DNA of 59,174 nt, filler included, from Porpidia crustulata (GCA_964255105.1; 4 parts of 4 records of this genome joined end to end with filler, not necessarily neighbours in it); one strand, 5' to 3'. Positions 25,538 through 38,382 are shown, counted from the whole stretch's first letter. Program-made: numbers and translations. Notes: a model not told the origin generated them from the letters alone.

Positions 25538-26589
25538 TGCCATGGAGTCATTTACGGGCGGTGGGCAGGCATAGCGAAGGGGTCTTTCCGGACCAGACGG
25601 TCTCGGCGCACTCATATTTGCTTACACTTATACCATTTTGCACTGAGCGGGGATGTTTTTCCATCTTTCCAATTCCCCCAACTTCCACTGATATCGGGCG
25701 TTGACATCTATCATGGGGGATGTTTGCTCCCGGGCTGGGCCGGCAGTATCTTTTGATAGCTTTCAACATTCATGATGACGGATATTGCGGAATCAGCAAG
25801 AGTTCTTGCTGGGGCGCTAGGGAATAGCTCTTTCAGTCGTAGAGGTCTAGCCTTGAGACCTGGGGATATGTAATGGACCAAATCATCAATCGATGGAAGA
25901 AGCGCGACAGTCGTGAAATGAATAATTCTGAAGATGTCGAATTCCAGGGGTGATTTCTCAAATGAAGCAATTCGCATGTGACCCCCACACCCCGGGGTGG
26001 ATAAGGCCAATTTCCCCCATCCTTGCGCCATCAATGCCTAGCGCGTGGGGGAAATTCTCCGTCATCTGGCGGTTGCCATGATGAAATTGAAATTGCTCAC
26101 CTAAACGGGCGATCACGGTCGGTATCAACCTTTCTTTCCCGTGGAGGATGAATTTGGTCAAGTGCGGTACTAAGGGAGAGGACTTGCGCCAATTTGGGCT
26201 TTAGGGTGGGGCCGCCCAGTGGACCCGACAGGACTGAATAAGGTTGGCATGAAGGTTGTCGGACGTACCTATGCAGGAAGGCGAAGTCAGATGACTTGGT
26301 GATCGACAGTACCAGACCATCGGAGTATGTCCGGTCGTCAGGGGTAATGTATCTGAATTCTACTGGACTGATGCCAGTCATTGTCGCCATCACTTGACTG
26401 GGTTTTCGTTGGCTTTGGAAAACGTGCCAAAGTACCGGTGTGGCAGTCGTTTGGATTGCTACGGTCATTTTCTACAACAAGAAGGCTATTGAGTCCTCGT
26501 TCTTCAAGACCCCTTGAACCCAAACAGTTTGACGACATTCGCGGTGCACTCACAAAGAGTCAAGCGCTTCACGCGCGACTGGAGTAACG

Positions 26590-27588
26590 ATGGAGGACGA
26601 GAATCGTATCGCGATAACAATATGTGGAGATGGTGGCTGCGGTGTGTAACTTCGAGGAACCCCGGTCGTTACCGAGATCACGGATTGACGATGGTATCAT
26701 CGGACAGGTAAATCATCAATAACACTCCGGCTGGTGCGAAGCCAATGGACACATGAGTGAGTGGAAACCTTTCTCATCGTATAGCGTACCCTGCTGACTG
26801 CTACCCCCTCGATAGGTACGATCCCACAATAGGTAACTTCTCCTCTACCACAAGTACACAAAGCTGCTAAGCACTTCTTTGCTCTTAGAGGACTCTTATT
26901 CGGTGACCCGCACCATTGATGGCCATCCCTACTTTCTCTCCCTCACGGATACCGCCGGCCAAGAAGAGTACCGCGGTCTCTGGGCCGCCTCCAACCTCCG
27001 CTCCGATGCCTTCCTCTTTGTCTACGACATCACCTCGGAATCCTCGCTCGAAAATCTAGAACACTTTTTGCAATTGGTGGACATGGAATGTGACCACCGA
27101 ACGGACACGAACGCCGTGCAGCCCGTCAAGATCATGGCGGGGAACAAATGTGATTTGAAGGAGGAACGGATGATATCGAGTCGGCAGGGACTGGAATGGG
27201 CGAGGGCGAGGAATTGCGGGTTCATGGAGACGAGTGCGAGAGAAATGGTTAATATTGAGGAAACCTTTGCCTGTCAGTCCTGCTTTCATCCCAACTTATC
27301 AGTTGCCAAACCCAATCTTCACCAGCCACGACTGCCCCCCTTCATTGCAAACCTTGCTAATACCAAGATCCGACAGTAATCGTTCGCCGCGTCGTCGCAG
27401 CTCGCCGGCAACACGCCCTCGGATCCCGCCAACGCCACCGCTCAAATCCTCTCCTCGGCCATGCGGTCGCGACGTCGCGAACAGAGCCGCTGACGCCTCT
27501 CAACGAAAAGGACGATATTGATTTCACCGACCGGCCGGGAGCGAGAAGGCGGCGTGGGGGGTTCTGGGCGCGGTTCAAGTGCTGGTGA
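26590..27588 (+). CDS. Ras-family small GTPase (5 exons), C-terminus ...GGFWARFKCW
   Basis: ITICGDGGCGKS, YDPTIEDSY, DTAGQEEY, NKCD and ETSAR motifs assembled across GT-AG introns. Confidence 0.9.
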
Positions 27589-28467
27589 GAGGGAATTTTG
27601 GTTAGTTGCTTGATTGGTTATTATTGAGCTCGATGGTCATCGCGACTGTGCGAACGTTTTTGCGTTACGGGTTTGTTATGGGATGGGCTACAGGTCATGG
27701 GCAGCATTTGCGTGGGTCCTGCATTGGTTTTATTGATACCTTTTGCCGCTTGATTGGAGATGGATGGGATGCTATACAAATATCTATAGAAACCGTAGTA
27801 GCTAATGTCTTATTATGAGGATTTGGACCTCGAAAGCTTTGGTGATGGATACTATTGGGTTTGGCCTTTCATGAGGAGCAGTAGAATTCAGATAACCCCC
27901 TTCCCCTCCGTACTGCTTGGGAGACGAATGGCGAGCGCTCTGGGGGTCAAAACAGTGACCACTAACGCCCTGAAAAGCAGCTCTCGGTGTATATCTGTAG
28001 CAGCGAGGGAGGTTTGGGTAGGCCAGGTATATGTCTTTCCTGGATTTGGTCCTCGAAGATTGTTCGAAGACAACTTTTGGATACGCATATGTAGAGGAGG
28101 TTGACCATGAGCATGAAAGGTCACATATGAGTATGACGAAGATGTTCGGTCACTCTATCTATCTAGATAAGTCCAATCAGATATTCTCGGTTTCAGATTA
28201 CGGAGAAGCCGATAAGCGCAGCGTGAATGCTTGGATGCGTCGTCAATGGATATAATAGTATGAGTGAATAGGAAGATAGAGATCCCGTGCACAACCACCT
28301 CGAGACTTGACATATCCACCGCTACCATAATATATGCGCCTTTCATTCTCGAATACCCTCATTATGTTCATCGTCATACACCAAAACTTCTTCCATCTAC
28401 CATCACCTTAAGATCGAGTTCTCAACCATTTTGAAGATACGAGGGTCGTTCTGAATCCAGCGCAACG

Positions 28468-29555
28468 ATGGCAGAAGATGCTAACAAATACGTTCGCAGC
28501 GTGTCACCTCGCTCCAGCGGCGAGTCTATACGCTCTACGCCGTCTCGGACATCTTCCACACGACTCGGCCATAACCCGAGTCCCAGTCAGGCTCACCGGC
28601 AAAGCTTTACTGAACAGTTACGCGGCATGCCGCCGTCTCCACGGCAAAATCGTCACCTATCTTTTTCTCAAGCGCAAATGCAAGAGCTTTTGAACAACCC
28701 TCCAACAGCTGGCTCAGCAGACCCTGCGTTCGAAGGACGGGATTGGCAGTCAATCGGTGTGGGTGAGCTTGCCAACCCGAAAGATTTACGCTTCGTGGAG
28801 CTCGACACTGGCGTGGAAGCAGCTACGAATGTAGGATGTCACTTTTCGTTCACAGACTGCCAGACGTGTCTCTGACCTCTGCTGCAGCTTCTGACCGAAT
28901 CTGGCGCGCCCGTGTTGCTCGTCCGTTCGAATCCTCAAGAGAAATCGGCTGTGGCGACGTTTGATTACAGCGATCTCACCCAGTATCTCCTGTTTGCTAC
29001 CGGTCAGCTGCAACCCGACGAAGAGCATCTTTCCATCTTTCGGAATCTCGCGAGGAAAGCCCAGCAAGGTTTCAACATTCCACTGCAAGATGCGAAAAGC
29101 TTGGGTACCAAAGAGCCTTATGTCACACTCCCACGTACAGCGAATCTTACCAAGGCGGTTGAGACATTCGGAGGGGGCGTACATCGGATCATAGTTGTGG
29201 AAGAAGGTACGACTAATGTCGTTGGAATCCTCAGCCAGTTGAGGCTTGTAAAATTCCTATGGGAGAACGGCCGGAGCTTCCCCACCATTGATCAACTCTA
29301 CTCCCAAACCATCCGAGATCTTAATGTGGGATCTCAACAATTGATTTCAGTCAAGTAGGTTCTTATGCACCGTTTAACCCCCCTACTAATTTACACCCGG
29401 TAGCGGCGATAAACCCCTCAAGGAGGCCCTAAAATTGATGAACAACGAAGGCGTCACATCCCTCGCCGTCGTTGACAATCAGTACAACGTCGTAGGCAAC
29501 ATCTCCAACGTCGACGTCAAAGTAAGAATTACCCTCACCCCCCCACCATCCGAAC
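28468..29555 (+). CDS. SDS23: SDS23/Moc1 CBS-domain protein, 5' part (cut by spacer)
   Basis: [42 protein letters not shown] and [20 protein letters not shown] motifs. Confidence 0.9.
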
Positions 29556-29655
29556 NNNNNNNNNNNNNNNNNNNNNNNNNNNNNNNNNNNNNNNNNNNNT
29601 TAATTAATTAANNNNNNNNNNNNNNNNNNNNNNNNNNNNNNNNNNNNNNNNNNNN
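29556..29655. other. Artificial contig spacer
   Basis: 44 N + TTAATTAATTAA + 44 N. Confidence 0.97.
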
Positions 29656-31961
29656 CTCAACGCCCCCACCTCCCCCTTCGATAGCGCTCTAGCCTCTTTC
29701 TCCGTCTTCTTCCTCCCCTGACCTCGCCCTTTCTTGCTGCCCTCGCTGGCCGCAAAATCGTCGGTGTCGTACTCGACACCCAGATCCTCCGCCGCAGCGC
29801 GCAGCCAACTGTCCTCGTGGCTGCCTTTTTCCTTGGCAAGGGAGGCATCGGCGATCTTCTTGGCGAGCAGGACGCGCGGTTTGACGCGGGCCGTGATGCG
29901 GCGGTCGAGCTCGAGGGTGCGAATGAAGTGGGATTNNNNNNNNNNCGATAAGGCGCCGGACGCCGAGGACTTCCTCGGGGGCGCAGAGAAGGATGCTGGA
30001 GCCGGATTTTTCGGCGCGGGCGGTGCGGCCAGAGCGGTGCACGTACATGTCTGCGGCGCGGGGCACGTGGTAATGGATGATTAGTTGGACGGAGGGGATG
30101 TCGAGACCTCGGGCTGCTACGTCGGTGGCTATGAGGATGGAGCTGGGGGTAGAAGGGGATGAGAAACGTTCGATGGAGCGGAGGCGGGCTTTGTGGGGCA
30201 TGTGGGTGTGGAGGGCAAGCGGGGGTATATTGAGGTTTTGCAGAAAGGGGGTGAGGCGGCGGACGGAGGTGATGGAGTTGGTGAAGATCAAGGTACGTGT
30301 ACGTGGATGGTGGAGCAGGAGGGCGTAAAGGTATAGGTCCTTGATCGTGGGTTTAGTGTATAGGATTTATGGGACACAGATAGGGGCTGACCTTGTCCAA
30401 ACCGGCACATTCGACTATGCCTTCTTCAAGGCCCGAAGCCATTTGTGACACTGGATTAACATCGACAAATTTAGGCTTATCCTCACGGAACTTGAGTTTC
30501 TTCAATAGATATTCCATTGATTCTTGCTTCCCCATAAATTCGCCGCCTGATGACTTGCCTTTTCCAGCTAGCCTCTGCTGTAGATCTTTTTGAAAAGTTG
30601 CAGAGAAGACAAGCGTTTGGCGGTGGGATCGCACTTCGAGAGTCTTCAATTCTACTCCTGGCTGTTCCTCTTGATCAGGATCCGCTCGATCTAATGTATC
30701 TAGAATTTGCTCTAGCTCCTTAAAGTGGCCTTCGCTTAGTAGTCGATCAGCCTCATCCACCACCAGATACTTGACCTTCTTGAGCCAAGAGGCGAGATCG
30801 TGACTGCCACTTATGATCTCCCATAGTCGGCCCGGGGTTCCGATGACAATTTCTGCATTGGCAATGAGACGTTGTTGCTTTTGCATGGACAAACCACCAG
30901 TCAATGTAGCTATAGTTGGGCCAGTTGTGGTTACATTGGAGCACAGATCTGACAGATGCGCCGACAGTTGGTGCGCAAGCTCACGAGTTGGTGATAAGAT
31001 CAATGCTGTCGGTGGAAACTTTTGGTTTTCGCTGTCCTTTTGCTTAGGTTCTGCTTTTGTATCCCGACTTCTAAGGTAGTATTCCAGGATTGGTATCCCA
31101 AATGCCAGTGTCTTACCAGATCCTGTCGAGGCTTTGCCAATCACATCATGGCCGTCAAGGATATCCGGGATCGTAGATGCTTGTATGGGAGTTGGAGAAT
31201 TGAACTTTAGCCGGGCAAGAGATGAGAGAGTCTCCGATGAGAGATCTAGGGAATCCCATGCAGATACTGGGCGAATGAGAAGTCAAGCTCAATCGTAAAA
31301 CCGGGAAGCCGTTGACATACCATCCACTTCTTCCTCGGCCGTTTCATCTAATGCATTAAAAGGATTGCTTGAGAAAGCCCGTTGAATTTGATTGGTAGGC
31401 TGATCGCCTACCCGTTTCTTTTGGCGTCGTTGCTCTTTTATTTTTGCCTTCAATGCAGATCTTTTCGAAGCTCGCACTTCAGCCAAATCTGTAGCTTCTT
31501 GAAGCCATTTCCCGCTGCCATCAGTAGTGTCAAATCCTTCCCATTCTTCATCCTCCGTTCTCGATTCTATTCCACTGCCGCCCTCGAAAGAGTAAAGGCT
31601 GCTAGCAGTCTTCTTGAAATCTTCAGATGGTTGTCTTATGGCCTTAGTAGCTGCCACCTAGGCAGATCAGCCTATACTCACTGTGGGTGATTTGAGGGAC
31701 CTTACCCACCACGTACTGGACCTTTTTGATTTTTGGGTCCCTCACTACTTCAACATCTGAGACTTCCTCCAAACCAAAGAAGCCTTCCGCATCTTCCATT
31801 CGATCAGGTAAAGCCACCTCGTTCCAAGGGAGGGCATCTAAAGTTTTGGGGCCCAGGCCTGCCCTTCCCTGCGGAACGCCGAGTTCGGGGGTGATGCGTT
31901 TCCTCTTTCGCAAACTGCCTCCTGCTTTTTCCCATGGTATTTCTGTCTCTATTGGCCCCAT
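29656..31961 (-). CDS. MAK5: DEAD-box RNA helicase MAK5/DDX24 (3' end cut by spacer; internal 10-N gap at 29936-29945)
   Basis: GFFGLEEV, Q-motif PTPIQ, GKASTGSGKT, PTRELA, TPGRL, DEADRLL, VFSAT, TDVAARGLDIP and YVHRSGRTARA motifs. Confidence 0.93.
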
Positions 31962-32043
31962 CTTGGTCCTATCTCTGTCCTTCCTTGGGATGCCAGTTAA
32001 GAGCTAAGAGATTTTGGCAGGTTTTGGGTCTTAAAGTGTGCTA

Positions 32044-32180
32044 GCGGAATACTCGTTTTCACCCCTTAACGGAACACACCCCTCAACAAGGCTCAAACTA
32101 GTGAGACTAACCCTAAACCTAGGCCTGCTGTTCCTTTGAGGGGCGTGTTCCGTTGAGGGGTGGGCGCGAGTACCTTCCGC
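32044..32180. repeat. Long imperfect inverted repeat (fold-back) in the MAK5/TRM7 divergent promoter
   Basis: Core arms 32060-32086 and 32136-32162 match at 25/27. Pairing extends outward through TACTCG/CGAGTA and GCGGAA/TTCCGC. Confidence 0.9.
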
Positions 32181-32254
32181 CCTGCACCCCCAACTCCAAG
32201 TGTCCCAATGCCCCACGAGAGTATCCCGCTGTTTTGCCACTATCAACGCTCGGC

Positions 32255-33373
32255 ATGGGAAAATCCTCCAAAGACAAGCGCGATGCCTACTATCGCCTCG
32301 CCAAAGAGCAAGGCTGGCGCGCCCGCTCAGCGTTCAAGCTCATTCAGCTTGACGAACAATTCGACCTTTTCGACGGGGTAACCCGCGTCGTGGATTTGTG
32401 TGCTGCACCGGGTAGTTGGAGTCAAGTGCTTTCTAGAGTCTTGATCAAGGGTGAAAGCTTTGGCAGAAGAGCTTGGGAAGAGAAGCATGCAAGAGACCAA
32501 AGAATAATCCGTGGCGAACATGTAGAGGAAGAGGAGAAGTCCAAACTGGGAGAGTTGAAACCCAGGGAGGGGGTAAGGATTGTTGCGGTGGACCTGCAGC
32601 CTATGTCTTCGCTTGAAGGTATCACAACACTCAAAGGAGATATCACGCATCCGACTACAATTCCAAGAATCCTACAAGCATTGGACCCAGAGACCTTCAC
32701 TCCTGATTCACCTGACAGCGTTAGCAATCCTGTGGACTTAGTTCTGAGTGACGGTGCCCCTGATGTGACGGGTCTACATGATTTAGATATCTACATTCAA
32801 TCACAACTACTATTTTCTGCGCTGCAACTAGCACTGCGTGTACTCAAGCCTGGAGGGAAATTCGTAGCAAAGATATTCAGAGGGAAAGACGTTGATTTGA
32901 TCTATGCCCAATTGAGATGCTTCTTCTCGAGCGTGCATTGTGCGAAGCCTAGAAGTTCTCGGGCAAGCAGTCTGGAGGCTTTCGTAGTATGCGAAGGATA
33001 TAGCATGCCCCAAGGATACAAGATCGATCCTAATCAGCCGATTGGGCGTGGCACTGGAATTCCCAAGACCCGGAAAAGTATAGAAGATAAGGAGAAAAAA
33101 GGTTGGATTGGTGGCCAACGAAAATCAATCAGAGAAGATGGTGTGACGGTGATTGAATTCGACTCTGATAGTGAAGAAAACAATCGTTGGATTGCACCAT
33201 TTGTGGCTTGTGGAGACCTGTCCGCGTGGGACGCTGATGCTACCTACCATTTGCCAAAGGACAGAGTCAGTCTTGATCCAATTCAGCCCCCTACGGCACC
33301 ACCGTACAAACGAGCGTTGGAATTCCGGAGGCAGCAGGGCGGTCTATACGGAAAGACAACTAAGCCGCAGTGA
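32255..33373 (+). CDS. TRM7: tRNA (C32/G34)-2'-O-methyltransferase, FtsJ family
   Basis: MGKSSKDKRDAYYRLAKEQGWRARSAFKL, DLCAAPGSWSQV, SDGAPDVTGLHD, AKPRSSRASSLEAF and QPPTAPPYK motifs. Confidence 0.96.
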   Translation: MGKSSKDKRDAYYRLAKEQGWRARSAFKLIQLDEQFDLFDGVTRVVDLCAAPGSWSQVLSRVLIKGESFGRRAWEEKHARDQRIIRGEHVEEEEKSKLGELKPREGVRIVAVDLQPMSSLEGITTLKGDITHPTTIPRILQALDPETFTPDSPDSVSNPVDLVLSDGAPDVTGLHDLDIYIQSQLLFSALQLALRVLKPGGKFVAKIFRGKDVDLIYAQLRCFFSSVHCAKPRSSRASSLEAFVVCEGYSMPQGYKIDPNQPIGRGTGIPKTRKSIEDKEKKGWIGGQRKSIREDGVTVIEFDSDSEENNRWIAPFVACGDLSAWDADATYHLPKDRVSLDPIQPPTAPPYKRALEFRRQQGGLYGKTTKPQ

Positions 33374-33576
33374 CCTTGGCGACGTCCAAAACTATACCTC
33401 CCGACTTGATTCATGCCCCCGAGGACAGCCTCCTACGACAACCTATAATCTAACTTTAAAGACGCCGGCGCTATGCGAGAACCCCAGTTTGCAAAGAAGC
33501 CATAATGCGTCAAAAACAAGTGGATTTGTCAGCCCACCAGAACTAGGTACCTGGCCAGACTTTGAGCAACGAAAAC

Positions 33577-35164
33577 TTATAGCCCCTTCCGTCCGTCTTC
33601 GAATTCCTCAACCTGATACTCGTTCGGATACATGTCTAGTATCCTGCCGAGTTCTTTCATTTGCATTTTGCTTTCCTCACTCAATTCCTCGTAAACATCA
33701 GTGAACATGTCCCTTAAAGGCGCCTTTTTTTCTTTCTCCGCCGTTGCGAAAGCCTTCAGAACTTCCTTTCGGATACTGGACCTAGCCTCTCTTTCCTTCT
33801 CTTCATCCCACAAACCTTTGTTCTCCAACCATTTTCGAAGCCTAGTGACGGGGTTATCTCGGCGCTTCCAGTCCTCTACCTCCACCTTAGCTCGGTAAGC
33901 GAAACTATCGTCGCTAGTACTATGATGCGAGACACGGTAGCTCATAGCCTCGATGAGAACGGGCCTTCCCCCTTCTTGAAGAGCCAGTTTTCGGGCTTCT
34001 TTGGTGACTTCCCGTACCGCAAAGATGTCGTTTCCGTCAACACGAATGGTGTCTATTCCGTACCCAACGCCACGACTAGCGACCCCATCACCTCGATACT
34101 GCTCTAAGGTTGGTGTTGAAATGGCATAGCCATTATTACGGCAGATGAAGACAACTGGACACGATCGGGTGGCAGCGATATTCAGGGCGGCATGAAAATC
34201 CCCCTCACTAGCAGCGCCTTCGCCGAAATAGCAGGCTACGACACGAGGTCTAATGTTCGGGTTTTGGAGAGCTTGGATCCTAAGGGCGTAGGCGGCACCG
34301 GCAGCTTGGGGGATTTGGGTTGCCAATGGAGAAGATATCGTATGCTATCGTTGGGTTAGTGATCGACGATACAAGCTAGGAGGACGCCTCACGATATTCA
34401 GCTCGCTACTACCATAATGGACAGGCATATTGCGACCCTTACCATTGTCCTTGCTATTTGCAAAGAGTTGGTTCATGAAATCATCAAGTGTGAAACCCCG
34501 CTGCTTGAACACCCCGGTTTCTCTGTACTGAGCGAAAACTACGTCCTCAGGAAGGAGAGCCGATGCCGATCCAACAGCTATGCCTTCCTCACCTGCAGAT
34601 ACCTGGGATGTCATTAGATCCATTTAGCCAACAACGTCTTGAGTCATCTGGTTTTCCCGTACCATATAGAAACTCAGCCTGCCCTGTCTCTGCGCATCAA
34701 ACATGATGAGATCCATAATGCTGACTATAATCCTTATATCGCCCATTCAGCACACTTCCCAGTACCATCATTCCCTTATAGAGGAGCACGCACCAGTCAC
34801 CATATTCCTATACCATACCAGCACTTCCTCATCGCTAACATCGGACGGCTCGCGAGCTTTGTCGACGAGGACTCCATCAGAGTCCATGACCCTATAGGTG
34901 GGGATTGCAGGGTGAGTTGAGGGACGCTCGAAGGAGAGATTGGTGGTGAATTTGCTGTTGACAGCGCCGGGGAAATGAACACTGGGGACTGTCAGTATAA
35001 TCGAGAACTGGGCACGAATTCAGAGCATACTGATCCGAGCCTGGCTGCTGGGACACCGAGCTCCATCGTGCTGAACCGCGTGGGGTTTTGGCAAGGTATT
35101 GCTGCAGTAGGGAAGCATTTCGAGAACGAACAAAGGGCAAACTCTTGAAGTAGCATCGTAACAT
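33577..35164 (-). CDS. BCKDHA: 2-oxoisovalerate (branched-chain ketoacid) dehydrogenase E1 alpha subunit
   Basis: AQRQGRLSFYM, AGEEG, GRNMPVHYG, ISSPLATQIP, TPP motif GEGAASEGDFH...NNGYAIST, and YRVSHHSTSDDS. Basic mitochondrial-type N-terminus. Confidence 0.95.
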
Positions 35165-35352
35165 TGTACTATCGAACAATCATATTGCACTCTGGAATGG
35201 TAGGTGAAGCTGGGGGGTGGAGGTTTAAGATGTTTGCAATGAAGCTGGCTCGGTTTGCGTCGGCATTCAGTCAGCGCTAGAATGACGTATCGGAGCGATT
35301 TCCAAACACAGACGGGGAGATGTCAATGTCAAATGTTCTTAGGATATTATGA

Positions 35353-37028
35353 TCAAGGGATATGATCCCGACTTTCCGATGTACCCCCAAATAACCTCAA
35401 ACCTGCAGTCCCCACGTCCTCCTCGTCCTCGTCCCCATCATCCCCTTCTACGCTAACCCGCCGACCCAATTAGCTTCCAAACAAATACCCAAACTTCCTT
35501 TACCCCCATGTACCCCGACTCTCTGGCGCCATAAAATTCTGTAGTTTCTCATGTACGGTATACCGCATTTTACGCCCCTTGGACGCTTTCGTGTCAACTT
35601 GTTTGCGTATCTTGGGAGCTTTAAGAGATGAAGTAATAGCAGAAGGAAGATCACTATCATTCAATGAGGTAGTATTCCTATTGGTAGAGGACATACGCTG
35701 GTCCACAAGCTCACGAAGAAGGAGAGCATAGAAATCTGCGTCATCGTAGATGTTTGAATCCTCATTGACACCCTTTGCAGCCTGCAGCGGCGCACAAGAC
35801 CTGGGCACCCTGGTACGAGCGACTAAGCGAGCATTATTAGGAGCCGAGAGTTGTTGGTCTAAGACGCTAGTGAGGGACTGTTGCGAAATGGCTGAGGAGA
35901 GGGCGTTGCGCGTTTGCAAAGTGGAGGAAACGTGTACTCTGGAGGACCACTTGGAAAGGGTCGCACGACGATGAGGAAGGGAGGTTGATTCATGCTCTTG
36001 CATACGGGCCCAGATGGTCGATGCGGGGGTAGAGAGAGTCGGGGAGAAGGGGCGTTTCCGAGACGCAGAAAGCTTTTCCGTAGAGTTGGCTTGCAGGGAT
36101 TGGCGGAGGTCATTAAGAGTGGTCCAGAGGCTTAGAGCAGCTTGTTCGGCGGATTGAACAGCCTCGTCGCTCGATACGCTGCTCTCCGTTGACGGTGCTT
36201 CGGCAGACAGGGAATTTGTTGCAACAAGAGCTTTCTGAAGGCGGATTCGGGTATTGAGAAGACTGTCAAAGGTAGAACGCTGATGTTGGACAGCTTTTCC
36301 CTTCGCGACATCCGCTTTGGCAGCTTTGGAAATAGTTGAGATGACAGTCTTTTGCTCATCGGCCATCATTCTTCGAAGCTCCGCAAGCTCACTTGCCTCG
36401 AATTTTTTAGGTAGAGCTTGATTACCATCGCCGTGACTATCAGACATGCTTCCATTGACGGCCATCTCGATGTCGTCTGAGTCTTCACCATCCTCCTCCT
36501 CCTCTGATACATGACTAGCGCCGTTCGTTCCATTCAATTTTTCTTTCAACATTTCATCTGGCTCAACGCTAGTGTCGTATGCCTCCTCCGATCTTACAGC
36601 ATTGCTGTCCTCCCCTGACTGCTCAACCTGACTAGCACCGCTACCGAAAGGGTCATCATCGCTTTCGTCCGCTCGGAGGTCGTCTCGGCGTATAGTAGAG
36701 CCCATGTAGCGCGGTCCCAACAAAGTTTCTCTAGGCTTGCGAAGCTTGCTCTTTCTGCCTAATGTCAAAATTCTTGTCTTCAATCCAGACTTTCAAGATT
36801 TACCCAACATCAATATAATGTTCCCGAGCTGCAGCTGCTTGGTCTTCGCTATTGACGGACTCAGAATCATCTTCATAGTCAAAGTGCGCGCCATTCTCTT
36901 CGGGATCGATATCTGAAAGAAATTAGTGCTACGCCAATGCTCAGATCGACGGTAATACCTCTAGGCGTAGGATCGTCAAGATTGGCGAATTGTTCGGCCC
37001 ATAAGTTGGGTGCCTTTATATTCGCCAT
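35353..37028 (-). CDS. BFR2: BFR2/AATF ribosome-biogenesis protein (two in-frame TAA at 35500-35502 and 35470-35472 in the tail)
   Basis: FDSLLNTRIRLQKAL, IYDDADFYALLLRELV and VDTKASKGRKMRYTVHEKLQNFMAP motifs. The family-like tail LFGS.LG...GLRLF continues past the stops. Confidence 0.9.
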
Positions 37029-37214
37029 TGAAACTCTCCGAGGAATTATCGACTTTTCCTGTCAAGGTATCAAATAATTTTGCGGAAAGGTTCCGCCATA
37101 ACCTATGCACGCTATGATTTCCAAGCTTACGAAGTAGCTTTTGTCAACCACGACGTGACATCGCGAGACCTCATACTAAGTTTTCTGGAAATTTGGTCAA
37201 ATACGCTCGCCAAG

Positions 37215-38382
37215 ATGCAGGGCTTCAGTAAGGACGTATCATTGATTGCCTCAGTACATGCTAATATCGCCAGATATGGGGCGTTATGTCCCCCCCGAGC
37301 ACGAGGGCACGACCTCCGCCAACAAGCTCGCGGGGAAGTACGTTTACCCTCCCCTTTCATCTTTCACAGGCATCCAATTTTCAGACCTGATCAAGGTACA
37401 CAGACATGCCCTCGGCGCTCGCGCCCGCAAATCTGGCCAAGGCATTCTGACTGTCCGCTTCGAAATGCCCTTTCCCATCTGGTGCAGTACTTGCCCGAAG
37501 CCTACCATCATCGGCCAAGGTGTTCGCTTCAACGCCGAGAAAAAGAAAGTCGGCAATTACCACTCCACTGCCATTCTTAGCTTTCGGATGAAACATGTGG
37601 CTTGTGGGGGGTGGATTGAGATAAGGACAGATCCTAAAAACACGGCATATGTCGTTACCGAGGGAGCGAAGAAACGGGATACCGGAGACGACAAGCATCA
37701 TGAGGGTGAGATAGTAATCAAGACGGAAGAAGAGAGAGAACGTCTGCAGAACAATGCTTTCGCTGCTCTGGAAGGCCGGGTCGAGGATAAGCGGCAAACC
37801 TTGACAGATAAATCCCGGATAGAGGACCTACAGCGCGCCAAACAAAAAGATTGGCATGACCCATTTGCAGCAAGCAGAAAACTACGAAAGACCTTTAGGG
37901 CTGAGCGTAAGGTTCGGCAGGAAAAGGGGAGCATGAGAGAGGCGCTGAAGGAAAGAGTGGGGCTAGGGATTGAGATCTTGGAAGAGACGGAAGAGGATAG
38001 GAGACGAGCAGGACTAGTTGATTTTGGAATAGTTCCTGGAGATCTCGCGGTTGAGAAGGCAGTGGGCAAGGGTCTGTTCGAACCGAGTACAGTGAAGCTT
38101 GCCAGCGCGCCTGATAAGAAGGACAAAAGAAGCAAAGACCAAGCGAAAAAGGAGAAGCCAGTAAAGTCCGCGTCAGAAGCCGAACAGCGGAAAGAAAAAC
38201 TCAGGATTGAATTAAGGGACAACACCAGGGCTGCCATAGATCCCTTCCTGAACATCGAAAAACCTTCGCCGTCAACTATCAGGGCAAAGAGGAAACGCGA
38301 CGTGACCTTGCCTTCTACCCTTTCCACCACTCCTGACGCTGGAACAAAGGGAACACCACTAGTCGATTACGATTCCGATTGA
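37215..38382 (+). CDS. SAF4: CWC16/YJU2-family splicing factor (Saf4/CCDC130 type)
   Basis: MQGFN|MGRYVPPE, HALGARA, VRFEMPFPIWC, GVRFNAEKKKVGNY, IEIRTDPKNTAYVVTEGA and C-terminal LVDYDSD motifs. Confidence 0.9.

Noticed and set aside
27805..28255. Short plus-strand ORFs upstream of SDS23
   Set aside because: No motif and no consistent exon chain.
28926..28937. GTTCGAATCC T-loop-like motif suggesting a tRNA
   Set aside because: It lies inside the SDS23 coding exon and no cloverleaf can be built.
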